A DNA stretch of 64,000 nt. It comes from Patescibacteria group bacterium (GTDB lineage: Bacteria > Patescibacteriota > Patescibacteriia > UBA2591 > JAQUPP01). Location of the stretch: NCBI GenBank assembly GCA_028716665.1, contig JAQUPP010000001.1, positions 477,046 to 541,045 on the forward strand, written 5' to 3'. Made by a program: the position numbers and the translations under genes. Every line of letters starts with the position of its first letter. The stretch's first letter is position 1. Shown piece after piece: positions 10,601-18,637 of the stretch. The notes under the pieces were generated by a model that saw only the letters and a program-made list of their open reading frames with translations, had not been told where the DNA came from and did not search any database.

Positions 10601-11547
10601 CCGGCGTAGTCGGCCCGACGAATTTATCTTTAAAGATAAATAGTGGTGCCGCAAAAACTTCTTCCAGAACGGTTACTTTAAATATTACTGCAACCAATGC
10701 CGCGGAAATGATGGTTAGTAATACAATTGATTTTACAGGTATAAATTGGGAACCATATCAAGCTACCCGTTCTTGGTTGTTAACAATCGGCAAAGGAGAG
10801 AAGTCTGTTTATATGCGTTTCAGAGATAAAGATTTTAATCTTTCTTCAATAATTTCTTCAATAATTATTTCTGAATCAGAAGAAACCGATATCATAACTT
10901 ATAATCTCAAAAATAGAGACTTGGTTATTTGTCCGACTTGCACTGTTCAATCAGGCGCGGTTTATATGATTTTGAATGGCGAGAAACACGTCTTCCCGCA
11001 TCTTAATGTTTATCTCTCTTGGGGCTATCCGTCCAATTTCTCAACGGTCAAAAAAGTCACTCCTGAAGAATTGGCGAAATATTCCGAAGGCGTAGCAATG
11101 ACATTCCGCGACGGTTCATTATTCAGAGGCAAGACCACATCGCTCCATGGTTTAAGCGCTTCAGCGGTATTCATGGTTTCGGATGGTAAATTAAGACCGG
11201 TAAAATCTTCGGCGATTTATCAGAAACTTTTCAATGATCCGAAATGGAAATTGGTGACTTGGGTGCCTGATGATTTATTATCCAAATTCAATTATCCTTT
11301 GGGCAATACGATTGATTCCACAACCAAACATCCTAACGGAACATTGGTTAAATACACGGGTACTAGTCAGATTTATTTGATTCAAGACGGCAAGAAATAT
11401 AAATTATCCACCAAGGCTTTAACCAATAATGGTTACAGCAAAGCGCCGGTAATGATTATTTCCAAGGCTGAAACTTATTCTGACGGCGGAACGATTTCTG
11501 ATTTTGCCGAAAATTTGGTTACGCCGAAATTTTTAGCAATGAAATAA
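4603..11547 (+). CDS. Giant secreted surface protein (2314 aa) with many carboxypeptidase-regulatory-like/Ig-like beta-sandwich repeats and three C-terminal copies of a ~50-aa shared module
   Basis: N-terminal signal/TM. The protein is Thr/Gly/Asn-rich with a recurring ...DGSWYGVNTDDSGNFSLGGVAIGTYNLQIQP... motif. The C-terminal repeats have the form VYMILNGEKHVF / AVFMVSDGKLRPVKS / QIYLIQDGKKYKLS. Confidence 0.8.
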   Translation: MSNTKKFFSIFVTATTILWSMGLPTLAGALVPIAVTNITVSTTSAEITFNGQFSAETSPSSTTELGSVTNYATDLRNFIFETGAGLTDRTLSRFSPYDMSTQNFQAGENDYRLRVYGLESLKLSEGQAWQMTAGDIKNLAGTQTIEDFTANNTVTASIDPTINYIINNVTADSCYNYPCGNVGDEVTIIGSNFATSTDATEIFWNFNGGSVTSTPATASATELTTTIPTGLNGKVDMVISDLNTHRFSADSRPFMIWNNTQAVLIGNLTSDTSTDIDRVQVEAFVPGQMGNVVPGETHSNGKYALVLNTTGSYNIQFGTPAGATYVAPSKLSSQTATVGSVTQLTTQAFRAATLSGTVKSPSGATLLEGVEVVARPFTWDYEQRTTTGPNGTWKLYVPNDTSSQCYEIEARPKDYQDRVLQYKSVRTTQCLTSGQTATGININLSAQNVKVTIKAPGTLGDTPTASNPQPGLPVPYASVGLHTMDWSYQQWVQADADGVAYFGGATDSTHYILELEPPYSGDFRSYPRTRTAEFAIDVTDGQITDLGVKTFALPNVFGKVKCGGVATVAWINMNKDGSWYGVNTDDSGNFSLGGVAIGTYNLQIQPASGSTCASGNFSVSITSTTSNDLKDQADTLDGVDDDAFTLSAPNVTGVIKDPTNTTGQSGVWINFCPHQIPGMCYGANTQSDGTFSSNVPSGNWDLNVNIQYGSLYAAPQGMVITVAGTTITETSDPGTALTIANNSLLILLSDPSVNGLTGRVCKPKHDDNSAVTQAECDDPAGYPDIGATNVGINMRSQGSMSGSQWSQTDASGNYAIGGVAVGTYEIEANPWNGCGSINCGRKLVQNVTVTSSQASRRKNIILSTPNITGTVVIPNTSTTVANAWINFHIEGPMQGGTTGGWYGTNTNQNGQFSFGGVAAGTYALEIEAPRWGSAEEQAVYRNYSTKKYSNITISSAVAAGTDSLDLGTTYGTDGKLILGTPQVTGRVMNPGADGIAETADDQPVQWSWIMIHDQMWQNQGGSSTDDQGYFRIGGLDDATGLSMEINLPSGGDKAWIQPSGLTVDIVNDVGTVKLSNVTQANNLVTLTTPTKTLTGTVTKKGSGAVVANARVQANRDMGGGFFETLTDANGTYTLKLAGGGWWLGVNPDWSMGQPDWVYNEAQKKITFTEDSIAECRGTEATCPGGATILDVGLDFEVKVADAIITGLVKDPTGATAIANSWVMANSGGMMGGGNGTNTDSDGRFTFKVPAGTYDLVANPNWGEQGQSYGGSTPVKIKAISEQTTDAGTLILTAKNSHIKGTVTDSAGNAIGSVMVNAWQMNGPGWANTQTDSNTGRFDLIVSEGNWGVMIMPMSTQYIYQGGPQQVTITANQTSDNNDFLLKVADGLLKINIVDAEDNRISDIWGGVWVKDTDPTVNDFIDFGDPKMMQGGSGDAGAGGTAGSGGGAMGAGMDKGGFAGGGLANGYTEIKVPLGSYELGLNTPPGSKYTLTATKTVVVGEDDTCTDETTGCKEITLVVAPNNATIEGKFYLDTNSDGSYTAGTDTVVTGVRAFINGDKENGGWSQTEFAPNSVTDKYSLKVSAGSWYVDAFIDPMMNFGAENDKYKIVAEDIKTIVSAGDAEDDADPITRNFQLKKLDKTISGTITDPDDVGMSGVWVYADFGDETTKDDFKGPGGLGVGTFTSNDGTYTLNVTSGTFKIGAGIPPWDARDLINPPLLSVTVGDTNVTGKDLQFSLSDATITGEVTLGGTKEQAMIQAWSDDKGTGTMASDGTYTLKVKSGETWNVKATAKIEGILYESAATEVVTVVGAQTQNLILVTTGVAVPESKTTTFSATDSKTIELTNGLKLEIPAGALASSGTVTVTITPTVGEENQTTVSVKPDAKDKPLGVNYDFVAKDSNGQEITQFDSDVKITFPYDPELITDNGYTEEDITPKYFDDTTNTWENYKSVVRDATNNVIIVTTNHFTPGGITGGKFVTAGEEDDGGDTPTGGSTGGSGNAGVVGPTNLSLKINSGAAKTSSRTVTLNITATNAAEMMVSNTIDFTGINWEPYQATRSWLLTIGKGEKSVYMRFRDKDFNLSSIISSIIISESEETDIITYNLKNRDLVICPTCTVQSGAVYMILNGEKHVFPHLNVYLSWGYPSNFSTVKKVTPEELAKYSEGVAMTFRDGSLFRGKTTSLHGLSASAVFMVSDGKLRPVKSSAIYQKLFNDPKWKLVTWVPDDLLSKFNYPLGNTIDSTTKHPNGTLVKYTGTSQIYLIQDGKKYKLSTKALTNNGYSKAPVMIISKAETYSDGGTISDFAENLVTPKFLAMK

Positions 11548-11699
11548 AAGGTTAGAATAGGATATTAATTTTAAAGCCCTGACTTAATTAAAAAGTCAGG
11601 GCTTTAGTCTATTGCCAGTTTACAAGGACATGTTATCATATGTTTAAATGATTTGGTTCTTTTAAAAAAGTCTGCCCCCTCGGCAGACAAGGAGGAAAA

Positions 11700-12326
11700 A
11701 TGCTTACACTACGAATTATAGCAGGTGTATGTTTAGTGGTAGCCATTATTGCATTTATTTATCGGAAGATTGAATTTAGTAATGTTGACGAGGATGACAG
11801 AGACAGTCTCAAAAAAAATTCTTTTATCATAAGATTTTTCGGTATCTTGGCTGTATTGTTTTTGTTTTTTTCATGTTTTCAGGTTGTCCCGGTGGGAAAA
11901 ATCGCAATAAAGGTTAAATTGGGCATGGTTTACAGTGTAGAAAAGAGAGGGGTTATATTCGTTTCGCCACTTACAAGAATTGTTTTTATGGATAATCAAA
12001 TCCAATCTTTCACTGTTTCTTCAAGTGATAAATCTAAAGGATTTATCAATCTCCGGATCATGACAAAAGACAGTCTTATCGAAGATTTTGAAGCAACAAT
12101 TTGGATCAGATTGACTTCGGCGACTCGAGTATATGAAGATTGGGGGTCAAAATATACCAGTCGAATGGTTATCCCTATTATTTCTACTTCAATTAAAGAT
12201 GTAATGAGTCAAATGAAAAGAGAAGATTTCTATTTTTCAAAAAGTAAAGTTCAGATTAAAATTACAGAATTGCTCAATAAGGAATTTAAAGATAAGGGAA
12301 TAGTGGTTGTTAGAGTTTTGCTGTAA
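11700..12326 (+). CDS. Membrane protein with an SPFH/band-7-like domain
   Basis: N-terminal TM segments, then VPVGKIAIKVKLGMVYSVEKRGVIFVSPLTRIV..., consistent with a prohibitin/HflC-type fold. Confidence 0.45.
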   Translation: MLTLRIIAGVCLVVAIIAFIYRKIEFSNVDEDDRDSLKKNSFIIRFFGILAVLFLFFSCFQVVPVGKIAIKVKLGMVYSVEKRGVIFVSPLTRIVFMDNQIQSFTVSSSDKSKGFINLRIMTKDSLIEDFEATIWIRLTSATRVYEDWGSKYTSRMVIPIISTSIKDVMSQMKREDFYFSKSKVQIKITELLNKEFKDKGIVVVRVLL

Positions 12327-12342
12327 TTTGTGGAAGAAATAA

Positions 12343-12378
12343 AAAAGGGCGCGATAAATTCGCGCCCTGATTTTTTTT
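12343..12378 (+). terminator. Rho-independent terminator
   Basis: GGGCGCGataaattCGCGCCC followed by a T-run. Confidence 0.7.
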
Positions 12379-12574
12379 GATGTATTAATAAAGATTTATC
12401 TACTTTGTTAAAAATTTTGATAAAAGAGCGGGAATGAATTATAATTATGGCGAACAAAAAATCGAGATTTTAGTTTTAAAATTAGCCCACCCTTATCCAC
12501 TTGTCAGATGTTATATTTTGGTCTATTATTAAATATAGGAAAGGTTTTTAAATATATTAAATAATAATAAATTT

Positions 12575-13891
12575 ATGAAAATCAACAACAAAGCTTTTGT
12601 TCAAATTCCTTTATTGATCGGCTTGGCCTCAGTGGCCGCCGGAGCGGTTTTAATCAGTCGAACTATTGCTCAAAATTCTGAAATTTTATCGCCCTTACCT
12701 CCAATAAATCAGGAGCAGCAAATGATTATTAATCAACCGATGCAAAATCAGCAAGGACAAATTTTACCGGGAAATGAAAATCAGCAAAATTTTCAGCCAG
12801 GACAACCCATGCCAGGCCAACAAATTAATCAGCCAATGAACGGCACGCAACAGCCGGGAATGAATTTTGATCAAAATGGAAATCAGCCAGGACAGACAAC
12901 ATCAGGAGGCGAAGGTCAGAAAACTTTTCAGCCAGGGCAACCCATGCAAGACCAACAAATGAATCCGCCGATGAACGGCACTCAATCAAATCAAATTAAA
13001 CCGAATCAAACCAAACCAAAACAGGTTCAGATGAATCAAAATCAAGATCAAGATCAGAACGAAGAAGAACAAGATCAAAATGATTTTGTAGACCCCCAAG
13101 AAATCAAAGGAGTGACCAAGCAGATAAAAGATATGAAAAAACAGATTAAAACTTTAACTACTGCTTTAAAAAAATTACCGAATTTAACCGAAGAATCGGC
13201 TAATTTGCAAGAAATAAACAGCCAATTAGATACTTTCACAAAAAATATTAAAACTCCGCCAACAGATATGACTCAGCGCGAAGTAATGCAAGAATTTTAT
13301 GACGCCCAACTTTGGGAAACTCTTAATGAAATAAGGATGAAAATTGAATTTCCGAAAGAAACAAAACAAATAGAAACTCAGCTTAAAAAGACGGAAAAAT
13401 TAGTGGCTAACAAAAATTATCAGTCAATCGGTTTGGATATGGTGAAAATTAAAGCTGATGTTGTTGAAGTTAGAACCGCCTTGACCGAAGCTAATACTAA
13501 ATATAAAGCCGGGGAAATAGAAGATGCGATAGATGCTTTAACACCAATGCGGGAGGGGATGCACCCGGGCGATATTTATTGCGTAGTGACTTCTTTCAGA
13601 GATATTAATAAACAGTTTACAAAAGTAAAAGATCCGGAAATTAAACAATCCATCCAGGATATTATTGACCCGATCAAAGAATCCATTGAAAACCAGGATT
13701 ATCGAGATGCTTGCCAGAGTATCAATGATGTTCGCAATGAATTGAACAAGGTAATGAGTTATGCCACCAAAAACAGAACAAATATAGATCCGGCCATTCA
13801 AACAAAAATAGACAAGCTTAATCAATTGATAGACAAAAAATTCGGCACTCAGAAGACCGATTCGACTACAGACGAAGAAAATGCCCAATAG
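12575..13891 (+). CDS. Secreted or membrane-anchored protein with a Gln/Pro/Asn-rich repeat region and a C-terminal coiled coil
   Basis: Signal/TM at the N-terminus. Two ~25-aa direct repeats (FQPGQPMPGQQINQPMNGTQ...) are followed by a long charged helical region. Confidence 0.55.
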   Translation: MKINNKAFVQIPLLIGLASVAAGAVLISRTIAQNSEILSPLPPINQEQQMIINQPMQNQQGQILPGNENQQNFQPGQPMPGQQINQPMNGTQQPGMNFDQNGNQPGQTTSGGEGQKTFQPGQPMQDQQMNPPMNGTQSNQIKPNQTKPKQVQMNQNQDQDQNEEEQDQNDFVDPQEIKGVTKQIKDMKKQIKTLTTALKKLPNLTEESANLQEINSQLDTFTKNIKTPPTDMTQREVMQEFYDAQLWETLNEIRMKIEFPKETKQIETQLKKTEKLVANKNYQSIGLDMVKIKADVVEVRTALTEANTKYKAGEIEDAIDALTPMREGMHPGDIYCVVTSFRDINKQFTKVKDPEIKQSIQDIIDPIKESIENQDYRDACQSINDVRNELNKVMSYATKNRTNIDPAIQTKIDKLNQLIDKKFGTQKTDSTTDEENAQ

Positions 13892-13963
13892 ATTATTATA
13901 AAGTTTTAAATAAAAGAGTGATTTATTCATTAATAAATCACTCTTTTTGACTTTTGGGGACTC

Positions 13964-13992
13964 TTGACAAAAACATAAAAATTTGCTTAAAT
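13964..13992 (+). promoter_or_regulatory. Sigma-70-like promoter for the sigma-factor gene
   Basis: TTGACA, then 17 nt, then TTAAAT. Confidence 0.4.
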
Positions 13993-14047
13993 AATGACAG
14001 TTCTTGAACAAAAAATCCGTCTATCATTAGTAGACAAGGAGGATAAG

Positions 14048-15376
14048 ATGAAAACTTTAATTTTAGGAGATGAAGTAGAAAAGGAAGAATTTTTATACCC
14101 CGAAGAGATTAGTAATAAACAAAGGACAAATTCGCTTCGTCTGTATCTTAAAGATATAGGGGGAAGTAATAAAACCTTGCTTTCTCAAGAGGAAGAAATT
14201 CAGATTTCCAAAACCATAGAGAATGCCTATTTTGAGATGGCAAAAATTCTTTTTTCTAACGATTTTGGTCTTAGTGAGTTCAGAAAGCTCTTTAAGAAAT
14301 CAAAGATAATTGAGATTGAAAAATTCATTAGAATAGGCACTTCATTTTCCAAAGATGTTATTGTCCAAGGGAAAGAAAAATTAAGGTTAATCATGAAACA
14401 GGTCTATAAGACAAGAGAGCTGAATTTGGAAGAGAGAAATTCTCTTACTCGGCAAATAGTGGAATTTGATTTACAATATCGTTATATTAACGAGATTGAA
14501 GGGAGATTCAGGAAATTAATGGAAATAAAAGAAGACGAAAAAATAATGAGAAAAACCGGTTTAAGCAGAGATGTCCTTCTTGAAAATCTTAGAGAGATTG
14601 ATAATCTTAGACAGATAATCAAAAGTGCCACGGAAATAATGTTAGAGGGCAATCTCAGATTATCCGTTTATATGGCGAAAAAGTATAAAGATAGAGGGGT
14701 TGAACTTTCCGACCTGATTTCCGTTGGGAACAATGGGTTAAGAAGAGCAATAACCACTTTTGACTATAGAAGAAAATTTAAATTTTCTACTTATGCCACT
14801 TGGTGGATTAGACAAGAAATGATAACATTAATCAACCAACAGGGAACCTCATTGTGTTTGCCGGTTAATTTGCAGGTTGATATAAGACATTTCAATCTTA
14901 TCGAGAAAGAATTGAAAAGTAAATTGGGAAGAGACATAGATCCGGTGGGAAGAGATCTCAAAAAGATTGCCAAGATAATGAAGGTTTCTCCTGAAAGAGT
15001 AAAAGAGATAGTAACTTTGATTCATAAGAATATGGTCGTCTCAATAGAGAGTCCAATCGATGGTGAAGGGGCAACTATAGGGGATTTAATTCCGCAAAAG
15101 TATGAAGACGAAAGTATGACTCATCTTCATAATACTTGGGCGGCGGAAAAGGCTATGGAAATACTCGAGAGACTGAGAGAAGAGAAGAAAGTCTCAATGA
15201 TAGAATATAAAACTTTCGTATTAAGGTATCCGCTCGGGAATAAACAGCAGATGACTTTGGACGAAATTGGCGTAATTTTTAATCTCTCCAGAGAGAGAAT
15301 CCGCCAGATTGAAATTAGAGTTAAGGAAAAGCTTTCATATCATAGAAGGGAGATTAGAGCGGCTTATCGTCAATAA
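14048..15376 (+). CDS. rpoD: RNA polymerase sigma factor, sigma-70 (RpoD) family
   Basis: Region 2 (...YMAKKYKDRGVELSDLISVGNNGLRRAITTFDYRRKFKFSTYATWWIRQ...) and region 4 (TLDEIGVIFNLSRERIRQIE) are present. I moved the start to the ATG at 14048, which has an AAGGAGGA SD 5 nt upstream; the tracked ATG at 13994 abuts the -10 box. Confidence 0.8.
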   Translation: MKTLILGDEVEKEEFLYPEEISNKQRTNSLRLYLKDIGGSNKTLLSQEEEIQISKTIENAYFEMAKILFSNDFGLSEFRKLFKKSKIIEIEKFIRIGTSFSKDVIVQGKEKLRLIMKQVYKTRELNLEERNSLTRQIVEFDLQYRYINEIEGRFRKLMEIKEDEKIMRKTGLSRDVLLENLREIDNLRQIIKSATEIMLEGNLRLSVYMAKKYKDRGVELSDLISVGNNGLRRAITTFDYRRKFKFSTYATWWIRQEMITLINQQGTSLCLPVNLQVDIRHFNLIEKELKSKLGRDIDPVGRDLKKIAKIMKVSPERVKEIVTLIHKNMVVSIESPIDGEGATIGDLIPQKYEDESMTHLHNTWAAEKAMEILERLREEKKVSMIEYKTFVLRYPLGNKQQMTLDEIGVIFNLSRERIRQIEIRVKEKLSYHRREIRAAYRQ

Positions 15377-15488
15377 GTCACAAATCAACGGCTATTAAAT
15401 AATTTAATAGCCGTTTTTATATTGACATTTTTTTAAAAATCTTCATACTTTAAATTAGCTATTTTGAATATAAAAAAAGGAGGTTAAA

Positions 15489-15608
15489 ATGTTTGAGCGA
15501 TTTATTCATCTATTGCCGTATGCATTGGCGTATTTTGGCGGAATAATAATTTTGTCATATATTGCGGGCAAAGTATCAAAACATTTTTCAGAAAAAAAGA
15601 GCTCTTAA
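15489..15608 (+). CDS. Small hydrophobic peptide (39 aa, single TM), not in the ORF track
   Basis: AAGGAGGT SD 5 nt upstream of the ATG. Sequence is MFERFIHLLPYALAYFGGIIILSYIAGKVSKHFSEKKSS, followed by a hairpin plus T-run. Confidence 0.4.
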   Translation: MFERFIHLLPYALAYFGGIIILSYIAGKVSKHFSEKKSS

Positions 15609-15635
15609 TCAACGGGCTCTTTTTGCTTTATAATG

Positions 15636-15664
15636 GATTGAACAATTAGATTAATTATTGTATA
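15636..15664 (+). promoter_or_regulatory. Near-consensus promoter abutting the histidine-kinase start
   Basis: TTGAAC, then 17 nt, then TATAAT, then 8 nt to the ATG at 15675. Confidence 0.45.
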
Positions 15665-15674
15665 ATATTAGGAT

Positions 15675-18140
15675 ATGAAAGAGAAATTTAGATTCGGGCT
15701 TAATGTTAAATTGATTTTAATATTTACTCTTTTTGCTTTATTGCCGATTGCTTTGATCGGTTTTATTTCAATTTCCAGAACAACAACGGAGCTGGAGAAT
15801 GAAGCCACTAATCGCTTAAAAAGTCTTTCCCAAAGCGAAGCTGATAAAATCAATTTGTCATTGTCAAAAGTAAGTTCGGCCAGCAAAAATTTGGCTGATT
15901 TTGCCACCAATGTTTTTAATAATCCTGATCTTTTTTATCATCCGGATTATTGGTCAGCCGACAGTTTATTCAGAGGGCCGGAAGGGCAATATGGAAATTC
16001 AGCCAAGGAAGTTTCATCGGTCATTGTTTTTAATTGGTGTTCGCTTGATGATCAAGCAAAAAATGATTTGAATTTATCAGCTGATTTGGATTTTATTTTT
16101 CCGACAATAAAAAATGAAAATCCGAATACTGATAATATTTATATTATCGGCAATAAATATTGTTGGTATCGTCTTTATCCGAACTCCGATCCCAATCCTG
16201 ATAATCAAGGCGGTTTTGCCATGGATGTTTTGCCGGCTGATGCCAATAAAAATGGCGTAGCCGCTCCGTTCTGGGATGATTTAACCGAAATCAATAATCC
16301 TAATAAACTTGCCAAGTGGACACCGCCATATGTTGATATAACAGGACATGGTTTGATGATCTCGGCCTTGGCCCCGGTTTATCAAAATGATAAAATGAAA
16401 ATGTTAACCGGCGTTGATTTAACCCTGGAAGACATAACTAATCGTATTTTGAATATTAAATTATGGAAGACAGGTTATGCTTTTATGATTGACAAAGAAG
16501 CAAGATTAATCAGTTTACCGGTGCGAGCCCAGTCTGATTTGGGGATAGAAGAAGAGCAATTAGGAATTTCTGAAATCAGAAAATCAAGCTTGCTGGAAAC
16601 TTCCAATTCCGATTTGAAATACGCGGTAATGTCCATGATTAAAGGCAAGAACGGCATTGAAACAATTAAATTCAATCAATCGGAGAAATATATTGCTTAT
16701 TATCCAATCAAGGATACGGGCTGGAGTTTGGGATTAGTGGTTCCGGTAAATGAAGTTATCGCCAGCGCTCAGAATACCAAAAATTTTATTTTTATCGTTT
16801 TATTGGTTTTGGCTATCATTTTAATCATTCTGGCTTTTTTAAGTTCCAAAATGGTCAGCGCGCCGATTAAAAAATTAACCAGAGGAGCGGAAGAAATCAG
16901 TAAAGGAAATTTATTCTATCAAATAAAAATTAATACTCATGACGAAATTGAACAATTGGCTGACAGTTTCAATCAAATGACTTTAAAACTGAAAGCTTAT
17001 TATGAAACTTTGGAACAAAAAGTGAAAGAAAGAACCGAAGAATTGAGAATAGCCAAGGCGGAAATCGAACAAGAAAAAAACAGATTGGAAACAATTTTAA
17101 TCAGCATCGGTGACGGAGTTTTCGTGATTGATTCGGAAAAAAGATTGGCTCTTATTAATCCGGCTATTACGCGAATTGCATGTTTTACGGAGAAAGATTG
17201 TTTAGGCAAGCCTTATGATCAGGTTTTTAAAATTATCAAAGAAGAAGATAGAACGGAAAATAAAGATTTTATCAATCAAGCTTTAATAAATGGAAAATTA
17301 ACCGGTTTAGTCGATCCTTCTGTTTTATTAACCGGTGACGGGAAGGAGGTTCCGATTGCCAGTTCAGCCGCGCCTTTAAAAGATGAGAATGGTCAAATTA
17401 TCGGAGGAGTGGTTATTCTACACGACATTACCCGGGAGAGAGAAATTGACAAACTTAAATCTCAATTTATTTCTTTGGCTTCTCATCAACTTAGAACCCC
17501 TGCAACCATTATTAAATGGGGGGCGGAAATTTTACTTCAAAAATTAGGCGGGAAACTGGATGATAAAGAAAAAGAAGAAGTCCAGAGAATTTGTCGCGGA
17601 AGCGAGAGAATGGTGGAATTGGTTAATGACCTGCTTAATGTTTCGCGGCTTGATGCCGGTCGATTGGTTTTTAAAACAGAAACAAAACAATTGGAAGAAT
17701 TACTTGATTCTATTTTTGATGAATATAAGTTATATTTGGAAAAGAAAAATATAAAATTAAATGTGGAAAAACCGCCGATTCTTTTGCCAAAAGTTAATAT
17801 TGATTCAGAAAAAATTCGCCAAGTGATTATTATTTTATTGGATAACGCCATTAAATATTCTCCTGATAATTCGGAAATAAAAATAAAAATTGAACAAAAA
17901 GGAGAAGAAATACTTTATCAAACTTCCGATCAGGGCGTAGGCATACCGAAATCACAGCAAGAGAAAATTTTTTCCAGATTTTTTAGAGCTGATAATGTCA
18001 GTCAAAAACCGGGAACCGGCCTCGGGCTTTATTTGGCCAAAGGTTTAGTGGAAGTAAGCGGCGGAAAAATTTGGTTTGAGAGTGAAGAAAATAAAGGCAC
18101 AACTTTTTATTTCACCTTGCCGATTAGTTCACCCCGTTAG
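15675..18140 (+). CDS. Sensor histidine kinase (extracellular Cache-like domain, TM, HAMP, PAS, HisKA, HATPase_c)
   Basis: H-box SHQLRTPAT. G-boxes GTGLGLYLAKGLVEVSGGKIWFES. Two TM segments flank a ~330-aa periplasmic domain. Confidence 0.85.
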   Translation: MKEKFRFGLNVKLILIFTLFALLPIALIGFISISRTTTELENEATNRLKSLSQSEADKINLSLSKVSSASKNLADFATNVFNNPDLFYHPDYWSADSLFRGPEGQYGNSAKEVSSVIVFNWCSLDDQAKNDLNLSADLDFIFPTIKNENPNTDNIYIIGNKYCWYRLYPNSDPNPDNQGGFAMDVLPADANKNGVAAPFWDDLTEINNPNKLAKWTPPYVDITGHGLMISALAPVYQNDKMKMLTGVDLTLEDITNRILNIKLWKTGYAFMIDKEARLISLPVRAQSDLGIEEEQLGISEIRKSSLLETSNSDLKYAVMSMIKGKNGIETIKFNQSEKYIAYYPIKDTGWSLGLVVPVNEVIASAQNTKNFIFIVLLVLAIILIILAFLSSKMVSAPIKKLTRGAEEISKGNLFYQIKINTHDEIEQLADSFNQMTLKLKAYYETLEQKVKERTEELRIAKAEIEQEKNRLETILISIGDGVFVIDSEKRLALINPAITRIACFTEKDCLGKPYDQVFKIIKEEDRTENKDFINQALINGKLTGLVDPSVLLTGDGKEVPIASSAAPLKDENGQIIGGVVILHDITREREIDKLKSQFISLASHQLRTPATIIKWGAEILLQKLGGKLDDKEKEEVQRICRGSERMVELVNDLLNVSRLDAGRLVFKTETKQLEELLDSIFDEYKLYLEKKNIKLNVEKPPILLPKVNIDSEKIRQVIIILLDNAIKYSPDNSEIKIKIEQKGEEILYQTSDQGVGIPKSQQEKIFSRFFRADNVSQKPGTGLGLYLAKGLVEVSGGKIWFESEENKGTTFYFTLPISSPR

Positions 18141-18245
18141 AAGTTTCTTAAATATAAATTTCAAATAAAATTATTTGATAACATTAATAACCGTTGGAAC
18201 TTCCAACGGGGTAAATAAAATATATTAATTAATTAATTTTAAATT

Positions 18246-18629
18246 ATGACAGAAACAATTAAAAAAATTTTAATTGCCGAAGACGAACCGGACATGCGCG
18301 GCATTTTGGCCAGCATGATTGAAAGCGCCGGTTATAATGTGGTTCAAGCCGAAGACGGCGAGCGAGCGCTCAATTTGGCGATTAAAGAAAAACCGGATTT
18401 AATTTTACTTGACCTTTCAATGCCGAAAATGAACGGTTTTGAAGTTTTAGAAAAATTAAAATATGACCCGGTCGGCAGCACAATTCCGGTAGTTATTCTT
18501 TCCAATCTCGGACAGGATAAAGAAGTGGTCAAGGGTAAATCACTTGGCGCAGTGGATTATTTGATTAAATCCAATGTTCACTTGACCGATATTTTGGATA
18601 AAATCAGCAAATATATTGTTGCAAAATAA
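18246..18629 (+). CDS. Response regulator, stand-alone receiver (CheY-like) domain
   Basis: ILIAEDEPDMR...LILLDLSMPKMNGFEVL... with conserved Asp residues. There is no output domain. Confidence 0.85.
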   Translation: MTETIKKILIAEDEPDMRGILASMIESAGYNVVQAEDGERALNLAIKEKPDLILLDLSMPKMNGFEVLEKLKYDPVGSTIPVVILSNLGQDKEVVKGKSLGAVDYLIKSNVHLTDILDKISKYIVAK

Positions 18630-18637
18630 ATTTTATT

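Noticed and set aside
13994-14047. Upstream ATG at 13994 as the sigma-factor start
   Set aside because: It sits directly after the -10 box with no SD, whereas the ATG at 14048 has a perfect AAGGAGGA SD, so the shorter model is preferred.
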